A model generated the notes under the pieces. That model searched no databases. It saw only the letters and a program-made list of their open reading frames with translations, and was not told the origin of the DNA. This document shows positions 42,401-53,870 of a stretch of 64,000 bases of DNA, one piece after another. Both the position numbers and the translations under genes were made by a program. Numbering within the stretch: the stretch's first letter is position 1; every line of letters starts with the position of its first letter. The stretch spans positions 186,001-250,000 of the forward strand of contig CM060731.1 of the NCBI GenBank assembly GCA_030704615.1, given 5' to 3'. Source of the DNA: Takakia lepidozioides (taxonomy: Eukaryota > Plantae > Bryophyta).

Positions 42401-43557
42401 AAGTGTGCATTGAACCTCAAGAGATGCCCTATGTGGCCGATTTTCAAATAAAAAAAACAATGACAAGGTGGGCTCAAACACTGTACGTTGATGCACACTG
42501 CTGGAGCTGCCAGGAAATTGTTGATTGAACCTCATAGAGATACCCTGTCTGGACGATTTTATTATGAAAAAAGCAGTGAGAAGGGGGGCTCGAACAATGT
42601 GCATTGGCGCACACTATTTGAGATTCGAATTAGGGGTGGATTGAACCACATAGAGACGCTCCTGAGTGCACCATTTCCACACCAAAAAACAAGGCACAAG
42701 GGGGGCTCAAACAGTGTGCGGTGCCGCACACTGTTTGAGCTTCCGATTCGGGGTGGATTCAACCTACCATAGTGGCCCTATGTGGCCGTTTTGAACATGA
42801 AAAAACGCAAATGGGAGGCCTCAAACAGTGGTGCGGTGCCGCACACTGTTTGAGCTTCCAATTCCGGGGTGGATTCAACCTGCCATAGTGGCCTATGTTG
42901 GCCGTTTTGCACATCAAAAATCAGCAAAAATGGGAAGCTCAAACAGTGTGCGTTGCCGCACACTGTTTGAGCTTCCAATCCGGGGTGGATTCAACCTGCC
43001 AGAGATGTCGTGTATAGGCGGTTTTCAAAACAATACAAGCAAAGTCACAACTGGTGCACATCACCAATGAAGCACAAAGTCGGTCTCAAACATTGTACCT
43101 TTTTTTTTGCTGCTCCAGAAGACTCCCCAATCGCCGGAGACCCTTTGCGCTTTGGACTGCTCTCTACGTCGAGCATGTTCTGGAGCATCTCCCCCATCCT
43201 CTTTTCCACTATCTGGTTCTTCCTGAGGCCAGCATCAATATCATCTTCGGCGTCCGTCTCTCCCTCGGATTCAGTCTCCTCCTCACCTGTTCTTGGAAGT
43301 ATGGCGGGCTGCTGTTCTTCTCCAGATTCCTGCTCTTCCATCGCCAGACTTTCCTCTTTGCCCTCTTCTTCCTCCTTTTCCTCTTCGTCTACTCTTTCCA
43401 TCCTCATTCTATATCTGGCTCTATTCCTGTCCCTAGTGCTCGTGAAGTATAACGACTTCCTTCTCATCCTCCTCCGGTGGAAACAAGGGCTCCCACGCTG
43501 CCTCTGGAGCTCTCCAGTTTGACGTTTGCAACAAGCGTTGCTATGGCATGTAACCAA
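36480..43557 (-). pseudogene. Multi-exon ParB/Srx-like plus amino-methyltransferase-like gene (copy C)
   Basis: RRKSLYFTS; IPLCRLVSMSVVRP; SHVWDGNHRLLAW; AELIILDILDG; WRGARERSPTFIQTIVECCT...VLDLSMGTG; ASYHACKASAQHLFGIE; ends approximate. Confidence 0.8.
40660..43005. repeat. ~116-bp tandem repeat, about 20 copies, each with the palindrome GCTCAAACAGTGTGCG-N4-CGCACACTGTTTGAGC, in the first intron of gene C
   Basis: Palindrome starts at for example 42009, 42125, 42241 and 42357 (period 116). Confidence 0.95.
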
Positions 43558-44364
43558 AGTAAAAATTGGACATTGTTAACCGTATTTGGATGCGGGTGTC
43601 ATCATTGTGTGCGAACGGAATTCATCCATTTCGGCGTCTTTGTATTATCCAAGAAATAAAGTGGTGGAAAAAAAGTAGATCCGTTGCATGTACTTGTGAT
43701 ATATGTCAGATGTACTTCGCCGCCTGCCAATACATGGCAGCCTTCTTGCATTCTTTGAAATTCGGAAGTGTCGTAGAAATCTAATGCTAGTTCAATTTCG
43801 AGCAGTACTTGCAGATTCGCAATAATTGTTATGCTTCACATATGCGTCCACGTGTGTTGTACTGCCTACCCTGCGGTTTGCATTTCGCCGTCACCGTCGC
43901 AATGGGGTCATTCGGTATAAAGGGTTGTGTCGGCAATGGTCATGTGTTGCACACACTCATGCGAGGTGTCTCCCGGAGTGTCAGTGTTTGTGCTGTGCTC
44001 TTCTGGCACAACACAACCTCATTAGATTCGGGGTCTTCCTCTTTACTGCTCTCCAGGGTTGTTGCCGTCTTTCCATAATGGATGATTTTATGTCATGTTC
44101 AGGGTTTGTTTTTCATCCAAATACAGCACGGCTTCTTGTGGCTTCTTGTCTTCAGTTTTTCTGGTTGGTGTCTCTCAGTGTGGCTGTCTGCGAAGTTCGG
44201 TGCATGTCATTCCTACATCCTTTGCATGCATCGCCCGCAGTCTTTGGGTCAGTGCTACCCTTTTTTACCTCAGTTTGTTTGGGGTGGATCCCCTTTCGAG
44301 AATTACGGGCTATCAGTTCGGGGATTCCTCTGTGAATCGCAACTTTCTGTCAGTGTACGAAAAC

Positions 44365-47300
44365 ATGTCCAGGGAGCGAGATAGACTCGCTCGATTTCAT
44401 TCCAATGCAGGTAGTCTTCCACTGACTGCCACTGTAGATGACGATGGGTTTGCAGTTGTTCATGAGGATGAGCTGGTTACAGTGTTCCCTCTGGAATTGG
44501 GTTCTCTGCTTGTTCAAAAAGAGGTGTATGACGAGGATGGGAATTTGGATTCTGGGCACTTGGAGAAACCATTGGTTGGCGAGTGTGGAAGGAAGTGGAG
44601 AGTCCTTCCAGGCACATACCGGGTCCTTGGAAAAAAGAGAAGACAATCAGCAGGATCAGTAGTTACCCCTGGCACTGCAACATCGGTCGTGCAGCAGAAG
44701 GGCACAGTTCATGTGAAACAAGAGGTGAGCACATCCACTACATTCGTGACTCTTTCAGACTCATCCTCGGAGGATGTTTATGAGATTCCTCAAGTTGCAG
44801 GAGATAACGAGTGTCGTTCCGAAATTGAAAGTCCTCGCAGGGGTGCCTGGGTGCAAGAGCGAGCTGCGTTTTGTTGATTGGGAGTCCCTTCATGTGCAGC
44901 GGGTTCAATACGTGCCAGCAGAGTTTGATGGGGACATCTTGTTTGAGCTCAACCCTCCCACGTCTTCCAGTGGACTAGCTGGGCTTCTGCAAGGCATGGA
45001 CAAGAAACATGACGGACACCCTTGGTGCAGGACAAAAACGTCGAACATCCACAACGACATTGGATTGAAATTTTGAAGATCGGTCTGCATTGAGCATTGT
45101 AAGTACGTGAATATTTCTTGCCCTCGCTTGAGAAACAACGCTAAACCAAACGAAAGTGAGTGGGAAGGTGTGCCCCTGAATCCTTTCACCCCAGGGCTTG
45201 CCCTTTCCAAGACCAATACTTTTGTGTGCAGGTTCTGAAAACTTTCCCCGTCTTGTGTTTCTGTGTGCCACGCTCGTATGTACCATGTGGCACACCGATG
45301 CAAGACAATGACTCGTGCCTGTATTCATATGGGTACACACGAACATCCTGTGACCAAAGGAAGTTGCAGGGATAGCGTGGACATCGCTAGAGATCTGCTG
45401 AAGCAGGAGTTCCACAATGCCCCTTGTGCAACACCTTCTGCTATAGCGCTTGCAGCTAGCAAGGCATTCCTGGAAAAACACATACTGGGTGAAGAGGATG
45501 CGACACAACCAATGCTGGATGCAGATTCGCTTGAGGCATTGATGGACCATTTCTCTATGTTGAGCTCTCCCAATATTCGAAACCAGGTGAATGCACTTAG
45601 AATGGGCACAGGCACTGCTGGATTCATGGACAACATTATGGACCTCAAACAGAGGAGTCGCTATGAATTCATTCAAAATAGTATCTTCCCTGGCCAGGGC
45701 TCGTCCAAGGTGTATTTGTTCAAGATGTCCACAGTGGGCGAAGGCAGTGGTGTGAGCATTGTCCGCCGAATGCAACCTGGAGGAGATTTGGCAAAATGTT
45801 GGTTAATGTTGAATCACTGCAAACGGGTGAAGGGTTGGACAACCATGGCGTGCCATGTGTACGATCCAACGTATCAACATGTGCTCTCCATAGCAATTTG
45901 TGATATGCAGTCGGAGGACACTGAATCCCAGATGCTCATGTGGAATTCGCTCCTGGCCGTCATGCAGCGCAATGGAATACAGAACACAAATTTTGCGGGC
46001 TTCATGGCTGATAGTGCACAGGCAAATTTCAATGCAGTGCGGCGCGTGTTTGGTTTAGGGGATCCTAAGGTCCCAATGGAAAATAGGGAGCGCACATGCC
46101 TCTTCCATTGGAGTCAATCTCTGGCACGTCATACAAAGCGCTGCATTCGCCCTGACCTTCAGTTGGAGCACAGAAGGCTCTGCCTCAAGTACAAAAATGC
46201 CACCTCAATGGGAGAAGCTGAGAGCACTTACCAAGCAATCCGGGCTTGGTGGTTCTCCTCTGGTGCTGCTACTGGTATCCACCTGAAGGAGTTGGAGGAC
46301 TGGTTGGTTTTCTGGCACTTCAGGTTAAGACAGTGGGGAGCTTTCATGACGACGGTAAGCCTCTTCAATCCCAGAAACACAAATTTCATGTCTGTTCATT
46401 TGGGGTTGTTGGATTGTCACTTGCAGAACCTCTTCCATTTTCTTTCGTTCCTCACATTTCCATGCAATGCCTCCTGCAGGACATGTCCTTGGAGGACTTG
46501 GCCGACATGCCATCCTGAAATTTGGCGGAGACTGTTCACAACGCCTGGATGCAGCAGTCTACCAAAGCAGGACGTGACTTGTATGTGGCCACTGCTGATG
46601 ACATGGTGCGGGCACTTACACAACAAACCAGGTACCGCAATTTTCTGATGGGACGGGGCGGAGGCAAGGGCCCTGATACAACTTTGTTGATGCTAAGGGC
46701 TGCGAGTAGGTCTGGAGACCCATCGAAGATGGCCAGAGCTCTGAACAGGTGCACTAAAGGCTCCCCTTTGCAATCCAGGCTCCCCCATTTGGAAGGCGAG
46801 GAAAGATTTGGATCATGCAAAAGGAAATTGAACACTCCTCCAGGGTCGGATGGAGATTCCCATCGGCCGGACAGGGTCAATTTCTCTGTACCAAGGGTGT
46901 CTCCAGTGCAGACTAAGTCGTGTGCCCGCCCCTTCCCAGGTGGGTCCTCCTCCAGTGGAGCAGGTGCAGATCATGCAAGCACAGCAGCAGGAATCCCATT
47001 GGAGGAGGTGGTGGCCATGGTGCATGAATCTGATTGCATTGATAGTGAGTGGCATATAGAACGCACCCCACCAGGATCTAGAGTGGCTTGCATGGCAATT
47101 CGGACCCCCTCTTTCAAGAAATGCAAATCAAAAATATGCAAAGGCTCCAGGGGGACTCCAGCTCCAACATTCACAGGGTTGTTCCGACCTTATCATAGTG
47201 GGGAGTAAAAGGACCACATGTTCTGGTTCTGCCCAGACGATATGGCACGATGCGTCAAGGGAACAGTTTGTCCTTCGGTGATAATGAAGCCCCCTCCCCC

Positions 47301-47892
47301 CGCAATTTGGCCTGTGAAACTTGGGACGTCGCTGTCATCAACCGAGATAAGCATGCTGGAGGAGGGAGGGTTCTGTCTTGCACGGTCCCGGGTGGTGCCC
47401 TCATGCACTGTCGGCACAGATGTGCCACATGCTCCGGCAATGCCTCCACCCGGTGCCAACTCCCACCCAACAAAAAAAGATGGAAAAACAGTGCGTCGTG
47501 TCGCTTTGGGTGCAGATCACGAATGCAAGATGGAATCGGCTAGAATTTTGCAGGTTCGGGTGACTCGTATCACCGAAGTCCCTGCCCCGGGGTATGGACG
47601 GATTTACACAGTGCTGTCTATTGGCTCAGTTCTTCATGGCAAAGAATATCAGGTTACCGTGGGGAATTTCCCTACGTGCACTTGTCCGGATTTTGTAACG
47701 ATGCGTGAGGGCGCTCTCGGCATGAGAGGGAAGTGGGTCCCCTGCAAGCATCAATATTACATATACCTTGTAATTATGTGCTGCAATGGTAAGAGAGACC
47801 AATTCATTCACCAAGCCACACTAGGCTACGGAGAAGTAATCACCCTTCTGCAGCGGGACACCTCACGTAGGGCTCCGCCAAATTCTCTTTGA
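44365..47892 (+). pseudogene. GCM-like/MULE/SWIM transposase (copy C, best preserved; intron ~46355-46479)
   Basis: FDGDILFEL...DGHPWCRTKTSNI; GTHEHP; LMLNHCKR (first D mutated to N); FMADSAQANFNAV; TCLFHW; LAETVHNAW; CTCPDF...PCKHQYYIY. Confidence 0.9.
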
Positions 47893-48310
47893 ACACATAC
47901 GAGCCATGCCCGCTTCCCATGCTGGTTTCCAGGTTACCGTGTAAAGACTTTGCATTTAGGACAAACACATACATTTCGTTCGCGGAACCAGGGCAAATGC
48001 ACATGCCATTCATTGTAAGCGTCTATCTGTGAATTGAAATAAAGTGTGTCAATCATTCTGAGCTCAAATCTGCCATATTTTCATATTCCTCTTTTTGTGC
48101 AGGCATTGCAGACATGGTGCATGGTGGCCCCCTTTGTTTTGTCCAAATAATAGGCCCTCTTCCTGCAATCCTCCCCTATAGGACCTGCTTCTCCAACAGA
48201 TTTGTGCCGCTCACGCTTCCCTGAAGCGTGAGCTCAGCTCACGCTTTGCAGCTACAACGTGAGCTCAGCTCCCAGGCTCACGAGGCTGGGCTCACGCCGT
48301 AGCTACGCTG

Positions 48311-48708
48311 TCCTTGCCCTTATCAATTGCATCTTTGAATTCTTCATAATCTGTACACCAAGACATTCAATGAATTAGTATTACGAAGTGTTGCAAAAAG
48401 CACAAAGAATAACAAACTTTGGGGTGCTTGAGAGAAGATATGTACCTAAATACTCGATGTCTTCTTCATCATCCTCACTGCCAGTGTCCGAGCTCAGCTC
48501 CTCTGGATCAGCGGCAGAGGGTTCCACAATGTTCCACAACTTGTATCTATGTTCTTTTTTTTTTCTTCTTTCCCTCTGTAACCTCTGGAGAAACCTCAAG
48601 TGGAACCTTATGGTTCTTCATCCAACTAGGCGTAGCCGGCTCTACAACAACAATGGCATCAGGAAGCACAGGAAGCACCATCGGTGCTGCAACTCTAGGT
48701 GGAACAGT
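48311..48708 (-). pseudogene. Fragment of an interrupted spliced gene of unknown function (other pieces at ~55088-55460, 24106-24178 and ~10060-10390)
   Basis: Reading frame continues across the insertions: PKSNSTVPPRVAAP across the gypsy and DYEEFKDAIDKGKEDIERAMMTQL across B+C. Confidence 0.6.
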
Positions 48709-49236
48709 TGTTGTGCGCATACGTATCGCTACACAACTTTATCGCTGTCCAAACCACACCACACATATATGCACAATAAAGTAGTCTGCCACAATGAAAT
48801 GAAAACTAAACTCACACTGTCTGTTGACACAAAAACACGAAATACAATACAATCACTCGTTAAAATAAGAGTCGAGCCAGGGGCACCCCAAGCTATGGGG
48901 ACTCCACCCCACAACATCCTACTCTCCCTCCATAAGTACTCTCAGATGCTAAGCAGCGAGGGAGCTCGGTCGTGCAGGCTCAACTCGAGAGAGATGAGCC
49001 GCACGACTGACGAGCTCGTGAAGATAAGATGGTTCAAGTGTCAAGCTAAACTTGACACCTGACTTAACACTTGAACTAATTCCAAGTGTTAAATACAAAT
49101 AACTAGATTTATTCTAGTTAGTTTCACACTGTGTATATTTAACTTGACAGCTGTCGTGCGCATACGTATCGCTACACAACTACATTGCTGTCCAAACCAC
49201 ACCACACATATATGCACAATAAAGTAGTCTGCCACA
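48709..49236. repeat. Left terminal repeat block X-Y-Z-X of the DNMT gypsy
   Basis: X 48709-48793 repeated at 49152-49236; Y 48795-48979; Z 48983-49149; purine tract AGCTAGGGGGGCG (minus strand) next to 49238. Confidence 0.85.
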
Positions 49237-49492
49237 ATCGCCCCCCTAGCTGGTGGTTAGGTCCCTCTAACTCCAGATAGCTACAAGATGTAATAGCCAC
49301 AGCCGTAGTAAGTCCTCTATCACTGTCCCTATTGTACTCAAACTCTATAGACCAAGAGGCCGGGTACAAGAGCAGCCCATCGTTAGTTGCCGTCTTGCAA
49401 TCTGTGAACTTGAGCCAGGATCTCGTGTGTTGGTCTCCTAGTAGCTTAGCCTTGCATTTCTTGTTAGCCTTCCATGGTTGTATCCACTCTCA

Positions 49493-50750
49493 CTATCCAA
49501 TGCAATGCGAACATAACCAATCCCCATCAGGAACAATCTCAAGAGGTGGAGTCAAGCATCCCATATGCCAACCTCTAGAGCATTGATCACACACCAGCAT
49601 GGTGGTTGCCTCTCTAGCAGACCCACACAACATGCACCTCAAACTTGCAGGTACCACTGTCAGGTTTGGGTCAATCCTGCCATCGACATTCGGAAGGTGA
49701 CATGGCGCGCAATTACGCACATGGTCCTTCCAAGTCATGCCATCTCGACCCTCCAAGATCAAGACGCCTGAGGGCAATACCTCTCGAACCCTCAAAATAA
49801 CACGTCCTGCAGTCACATCCAGGGTCGTTGGAGCAGTTTACTGCAGATAAACACAGTCACCAGGGTGAAATCTCCGAACCCCAGGACGATAGCCCCCACC
49901 ACGTATGGTAGCATACCTCAACGTATCACGATGTTGTGCAATGGCAAGGTTCTTGAAAGCCATGGGCATGACTTTCTTAAACAACTCCGCGCGCTGACCA
50001 CATGCACGTGCCCACACGTCCGGATCGTCAAGATTGAGGACTATTTCCGCCTCCCTGCGAATAGATGTAGGCAAGTCTGGCCCTCGGCCAAAGAGAAGGA
50101 AATAAGGTGAGAACGATGCAAGTGATGCTTGCTTGCTAAACCTGTAGCCCATGGCTAACCAAGGTAACTGAAGGTCCCAATCTCCTAGGTTTCCCTTCTG
50201 CAAGCCATACTTGCACAAACCCCTCTTCACTGTCTGAACAACCCTCTCTGCCAAGCCATCGGCCTCAGGATGATCCCGAGAAGTAGTGCGGTGGTCTATC
50301 AAGGCTTTGTCACACAATGCCTGAAACTCCCCCAAGAACTCTCTCCCTCGGTCCATGAGTACCTCAGCTGGAGCACCGAATCAGCTAAGTACACGATCCA
50401 AAAATGCATACGTAGCCCCCTCACTAGCCTTATCAGGCAATGGAACCAATTTGATCCACTTGGAGAAGTGCTCCACCATCACCAACACGTACTTGTTGTG
50501 GCGCATGGTCAGTGGCAATGGCCCTGCGAAGTCTAGACTCCACCTGTAGCCCAATCCCATGATCGGAAGAGGGTGCAATTGTGGTGTAGGGGCGTTGAAT
50601 GAAGCACACACCCTGTCACACACCATGCACCTAGCCACAAATTGTTGCACCTATGTGTGCATACCACGCCACCAATACTGCCCCTGCAGTAGACTATGAG
50701 TGCATCGCACCCCAAAATGCCCCAACTCCTCATGGGCATGTCGCACTAAC
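49493..50750 (-). pseudogene. Integrase with C-terminal PHD finger
   Basis: HEELGHFG...CMVC zinc finger; DDE core; CMLCGSAREATTMLVCDQCSRGWHMGCLTPPLEIVPDGDWLCSHC (C4HC3). Confidence 0.9.
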
Positions 50751-50899
50751 CGTGCCCGCTGTGTTGGGTGAGGCACAATCCTCATTCGACCATCCTCCCA
50801 CACTCGAAGCAGGTGTGTCCCCTCCCACTTGAACCTCTTGGCTCGTTGTAGGATCCGATCCCTCTCCTTGGCAGTCACAGTGGCTGCCGTGTCTCCAGT

Positions 50900-52330
50900 G
50901 CGGAGATAGTCCAACACAGCTGAATCCTCTTGTATATCTTTGGCGCCACCTTGCTCATTGCTGGCCTCAGGGTCCTCAGACACTCGGTCTACAGTCATCC
51001 CTGTTGTAGGTCCAACCTGGCCTTCCGCTGCCAAGATACACAGAAATACAGATGCATGCCATCCGAGCACCATCTCCTCGTCTGTCTCACCATGCCACTG
51101 AGCTCCAGTGTCATCCTGCTGGCTCATGCATGGATTGCGACTCAACCCATCCGCATCCTGATTGACCAAACCTGGTCGGTGCACAACCTGAAAGTCATAC
51201 TCTTGAAGTATGAGTGCCCACCGTGCAAGCTTCCCCGTAAGCTTGTCTGACTCCATCAACCACTTGAGTGGCTGGTGATCCGTGACAAGGGTGAAGAGAT
51301 TGCCGTATAGATAGCACCTGAAGTGTGCCATGGCCCACACTACAGCTAAGCACTCCCCCTCATATGAGCTATACTTAGCCTCTGCAGCGTTGTTCGAGCG
51401 GCTAGCATAAGCCACTACGAACTTTCTTCCCTCATCATCCACCTGTGTGAGCACCGCTCCAAGCCCCAGCATGCTCCAATCTGTATGCAGCTGAAAAGGA
51501 CGCCCCTTGATAGGTCGTCTTAAGATGGGCGTCGAGGTCAACCTCGCCTTGAGCTCTTGAAAAGCTCGTTCTTGCTCATGTTCCCACTGCCACTCCTGGT
51601 CCACCTTGGTCAGCTTGGTTAGAGCCTTTGCAATGGCACTAAATCCCTTGACAAACCGTCTATAATAGTTTGTCAACCCCATGAAAGCTCAAACTCGGCT
51701 CACATCCATGGGGCGTGGAATCTGTGCAATGGCCTCTACCTTAGTCTGCTGTACCTCCAATCCTCCAGGATATATCATGTGACCCAGATACTCAATCTGG
51801 TTGGGAAAAACCTGCACTTCCCCAGATGTAACTTCAATCCGTGCGCCCTCAAGCGCTCAAATACCACCTGAAGGTGTCTGTCATGCTCCTCCACCGTAGC
51901 ACTAAAGATGATGATGTCATCTATGTAGCACCGAGCAAACTCCACCCCTGCTAGAATCCTGTCCATGACTCTCTGAAACTCTATAGGAGCGTTCTTAAGC
52001 CCAAATGGTAAGAACCGCCACTGGTATAGGCAATCATTCCCGTGCTCATTGATCCCCCAGAATGCCGTCTTCTGCTTATCCGCCTCCTTGATCGGAAACT
52101 GGTGATATCCGGATTGTAAATCCAAAGTGCTAAAAACCTTGGCATGCCCAATGGCATCAAAGATCTCCTCTGGTGTTGGCATGGCATACCTATCGGACTT
52201 GGTCTGACGATTTACAGGTCGGTAATCACCGCACATACGTCTCTCCGTCCAATTGCCATAGACATCCTTCTTGGCTAGCATCACTGTGGCTGAAGCATAC
52301 TCTCCACCAAATAGCTCCACCAAACCAGCC
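50900..52330 (-). pseudogene. Reverse transcriptase and RNase H
   Basis: ORFs 51775-52323 and 50651-51682 with canonical RT/RH motifs. Confidence 0.92.
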
Positions 52331-52954
52331 TCCTAGAGGTCATGAGTCCTCATCTGAATCAAGGACCTCTCCATGTCACTGCATCTATAGGGTCTCCGAA
52401 AGATTGGCGTGTCAGTGGCCAATTCAATGCGAATCTCTTGACCCTTCAGTGCTCCCAAGTCCTTCAAACTGAAGGCAAAGCAGTTCCTGTAAGCCCTCAA
52501 GAACCGCCGTATACGTCGCCTCTCTCCTCCGATTATTATAGGTCCAACATCAGGCTCCTAGTTGTCCTCCGTGACTGCAACCTTGAGTCCAGCAGACTTA
52601 GAGGTAGAAGACATGTCCCGTGGTTGCTATGCTGCAACCTCTTTAGCAGTGATCACTTCCTGCTCTGTCAGTGACAATGTCTCATCCTGCCCCACCATCT
52701 CATCCTTGAGGACCTCCTCAACCCGAGAAAAATCCCCAACCTCATCCATCACCGTCGCCTTGGCTGCCATCTCCCTCCGAACCTTGAGCACCTCCCATGT
52801 GTGCCATGGATGCGGCCTGCACCTCGTTATCCTCATTTGTTCGCCCCTACTTGCTGCCTGTACCATCTCGGTAGGTAGAGAGACTATCAAGGGAAGTGTA
52901 TTCCGTACTCTGCGCTGCTCAGCCATAGCCAAGCTGATAATCCAGGTCAAGCAA

Positions 52955-53870
52955 TTGAGATCCATTGCTTGCCCCAACACCTGACGACGTGATGCCTTAG
53001 AAAGAGATGGCACCGCCATGGTACCAATGGTAAGATCCATCGTCCGCTCGCGCTCGTCAGCATTGGGTTCCACTAACTGCTGCAACTGGCTATCCCACAA
53101 GAGGACCAGGTCCACCATCCCGGAAAGCATGAGATCCTGGAAAGTTGAGCAGTGTAGGCAATGCTGCTCGTGGGTGACCCACCTTATTGACCACTGCCAA
53201 AGGTGATCGGTCATCGTGTCTCACACGCTGAGATTGTCTCCCTATGTCCAAAATGCTATCCACCGTCAGGTTTGGTGGCCGCTGCATCCCATCAAATGCA
53301 CGCTTGAGCAGTGCAGGTGGCATCAAGTTGGTCCACCATAGTCGTGGGCGATGAGCTCGTGACCCCACTGCAGCTGCATCCAGCAACACTGCAGACCCAA
53401 GCCAAGACCGCATTTGATGTACACTGGCCATCACCTTGGCCCGAGAATCACCCATCAATGGCACATTCTCCAAAATATATGCCGGAGAGTCTGTCTGCTA
53501 AAGCTGTAAATAGCGCAGGAGCCTCAATATCTCCCAAAACAGGCGTGACCTTGAGTCTTGTAACCCATTGCCATGCCTTGGCAGGGCCAACCTGCCACTA
53601 CCAAGTGAATAGGGCCAAGCCGCTCCAAATCCTGCGCCCCCAGCAAAGAGATGTCTGCTGGCAAGGCTTGCTGGTATCCACGAACTGCAGACACTGGCAA
53701 CAAATCAGGGTACTGCTGCACCAACAGAGCAACATGGCGCAGTGAAACGCATCGTATAGTCTCATCCCTCTCCACATATAGGTAACGTTGAACTCGTACA
53801 CCTGCCTGCACCACTGCAGCCAATCCAGTGCTGATCCCTCCAAACAAGTCCAGAAGACATATGCCTTCAT
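52955..53870 (-). pseudogene. C5 cytosine DNA methyltransferase domain (DNMT3-like motif pattern) inside pol
   Basis: Motif I LLDLFGGI; IV VVAGWPCQG; VI ENV; VIII AHRPRLWWTN; IX ERERTM; X RQVLGQAMD. Confidence 0.9.

Larger units (their letters stand above)
24179..48310. mobile_element. Composite B+C transposon flanked by one 9-bp TSD
   Basis: TCCTTGCCC at 24170-24178 and 48311-48319; removing the insert restores an AG...GT-bounded open exon on the minus strand. Confidence 0.8.
35959..48310. mobile_element. Mutator-like DNA transposon C, inverted relative to B
   Basis: Right end rc CAGCGTAGCTACGGCGTGAGCCC with GCTCAC subterminal repeats (48208-48310); degenerate left end GAATGTGCCTACGTCGTGAGC at 35959. 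Confidence 0.78.

Noticed and set aside
40680-43070. Short ORFs in the 116-bp array
   Set aside because: Repeat-derived; they lie inside an intron.
17555-43557. Bacterial or phage contamination as the source of the ParB-MTase genes
   Set aside because: The genes have conserved GT-AG introns and are embedded in TSD-flanked eukaryotic transposons.
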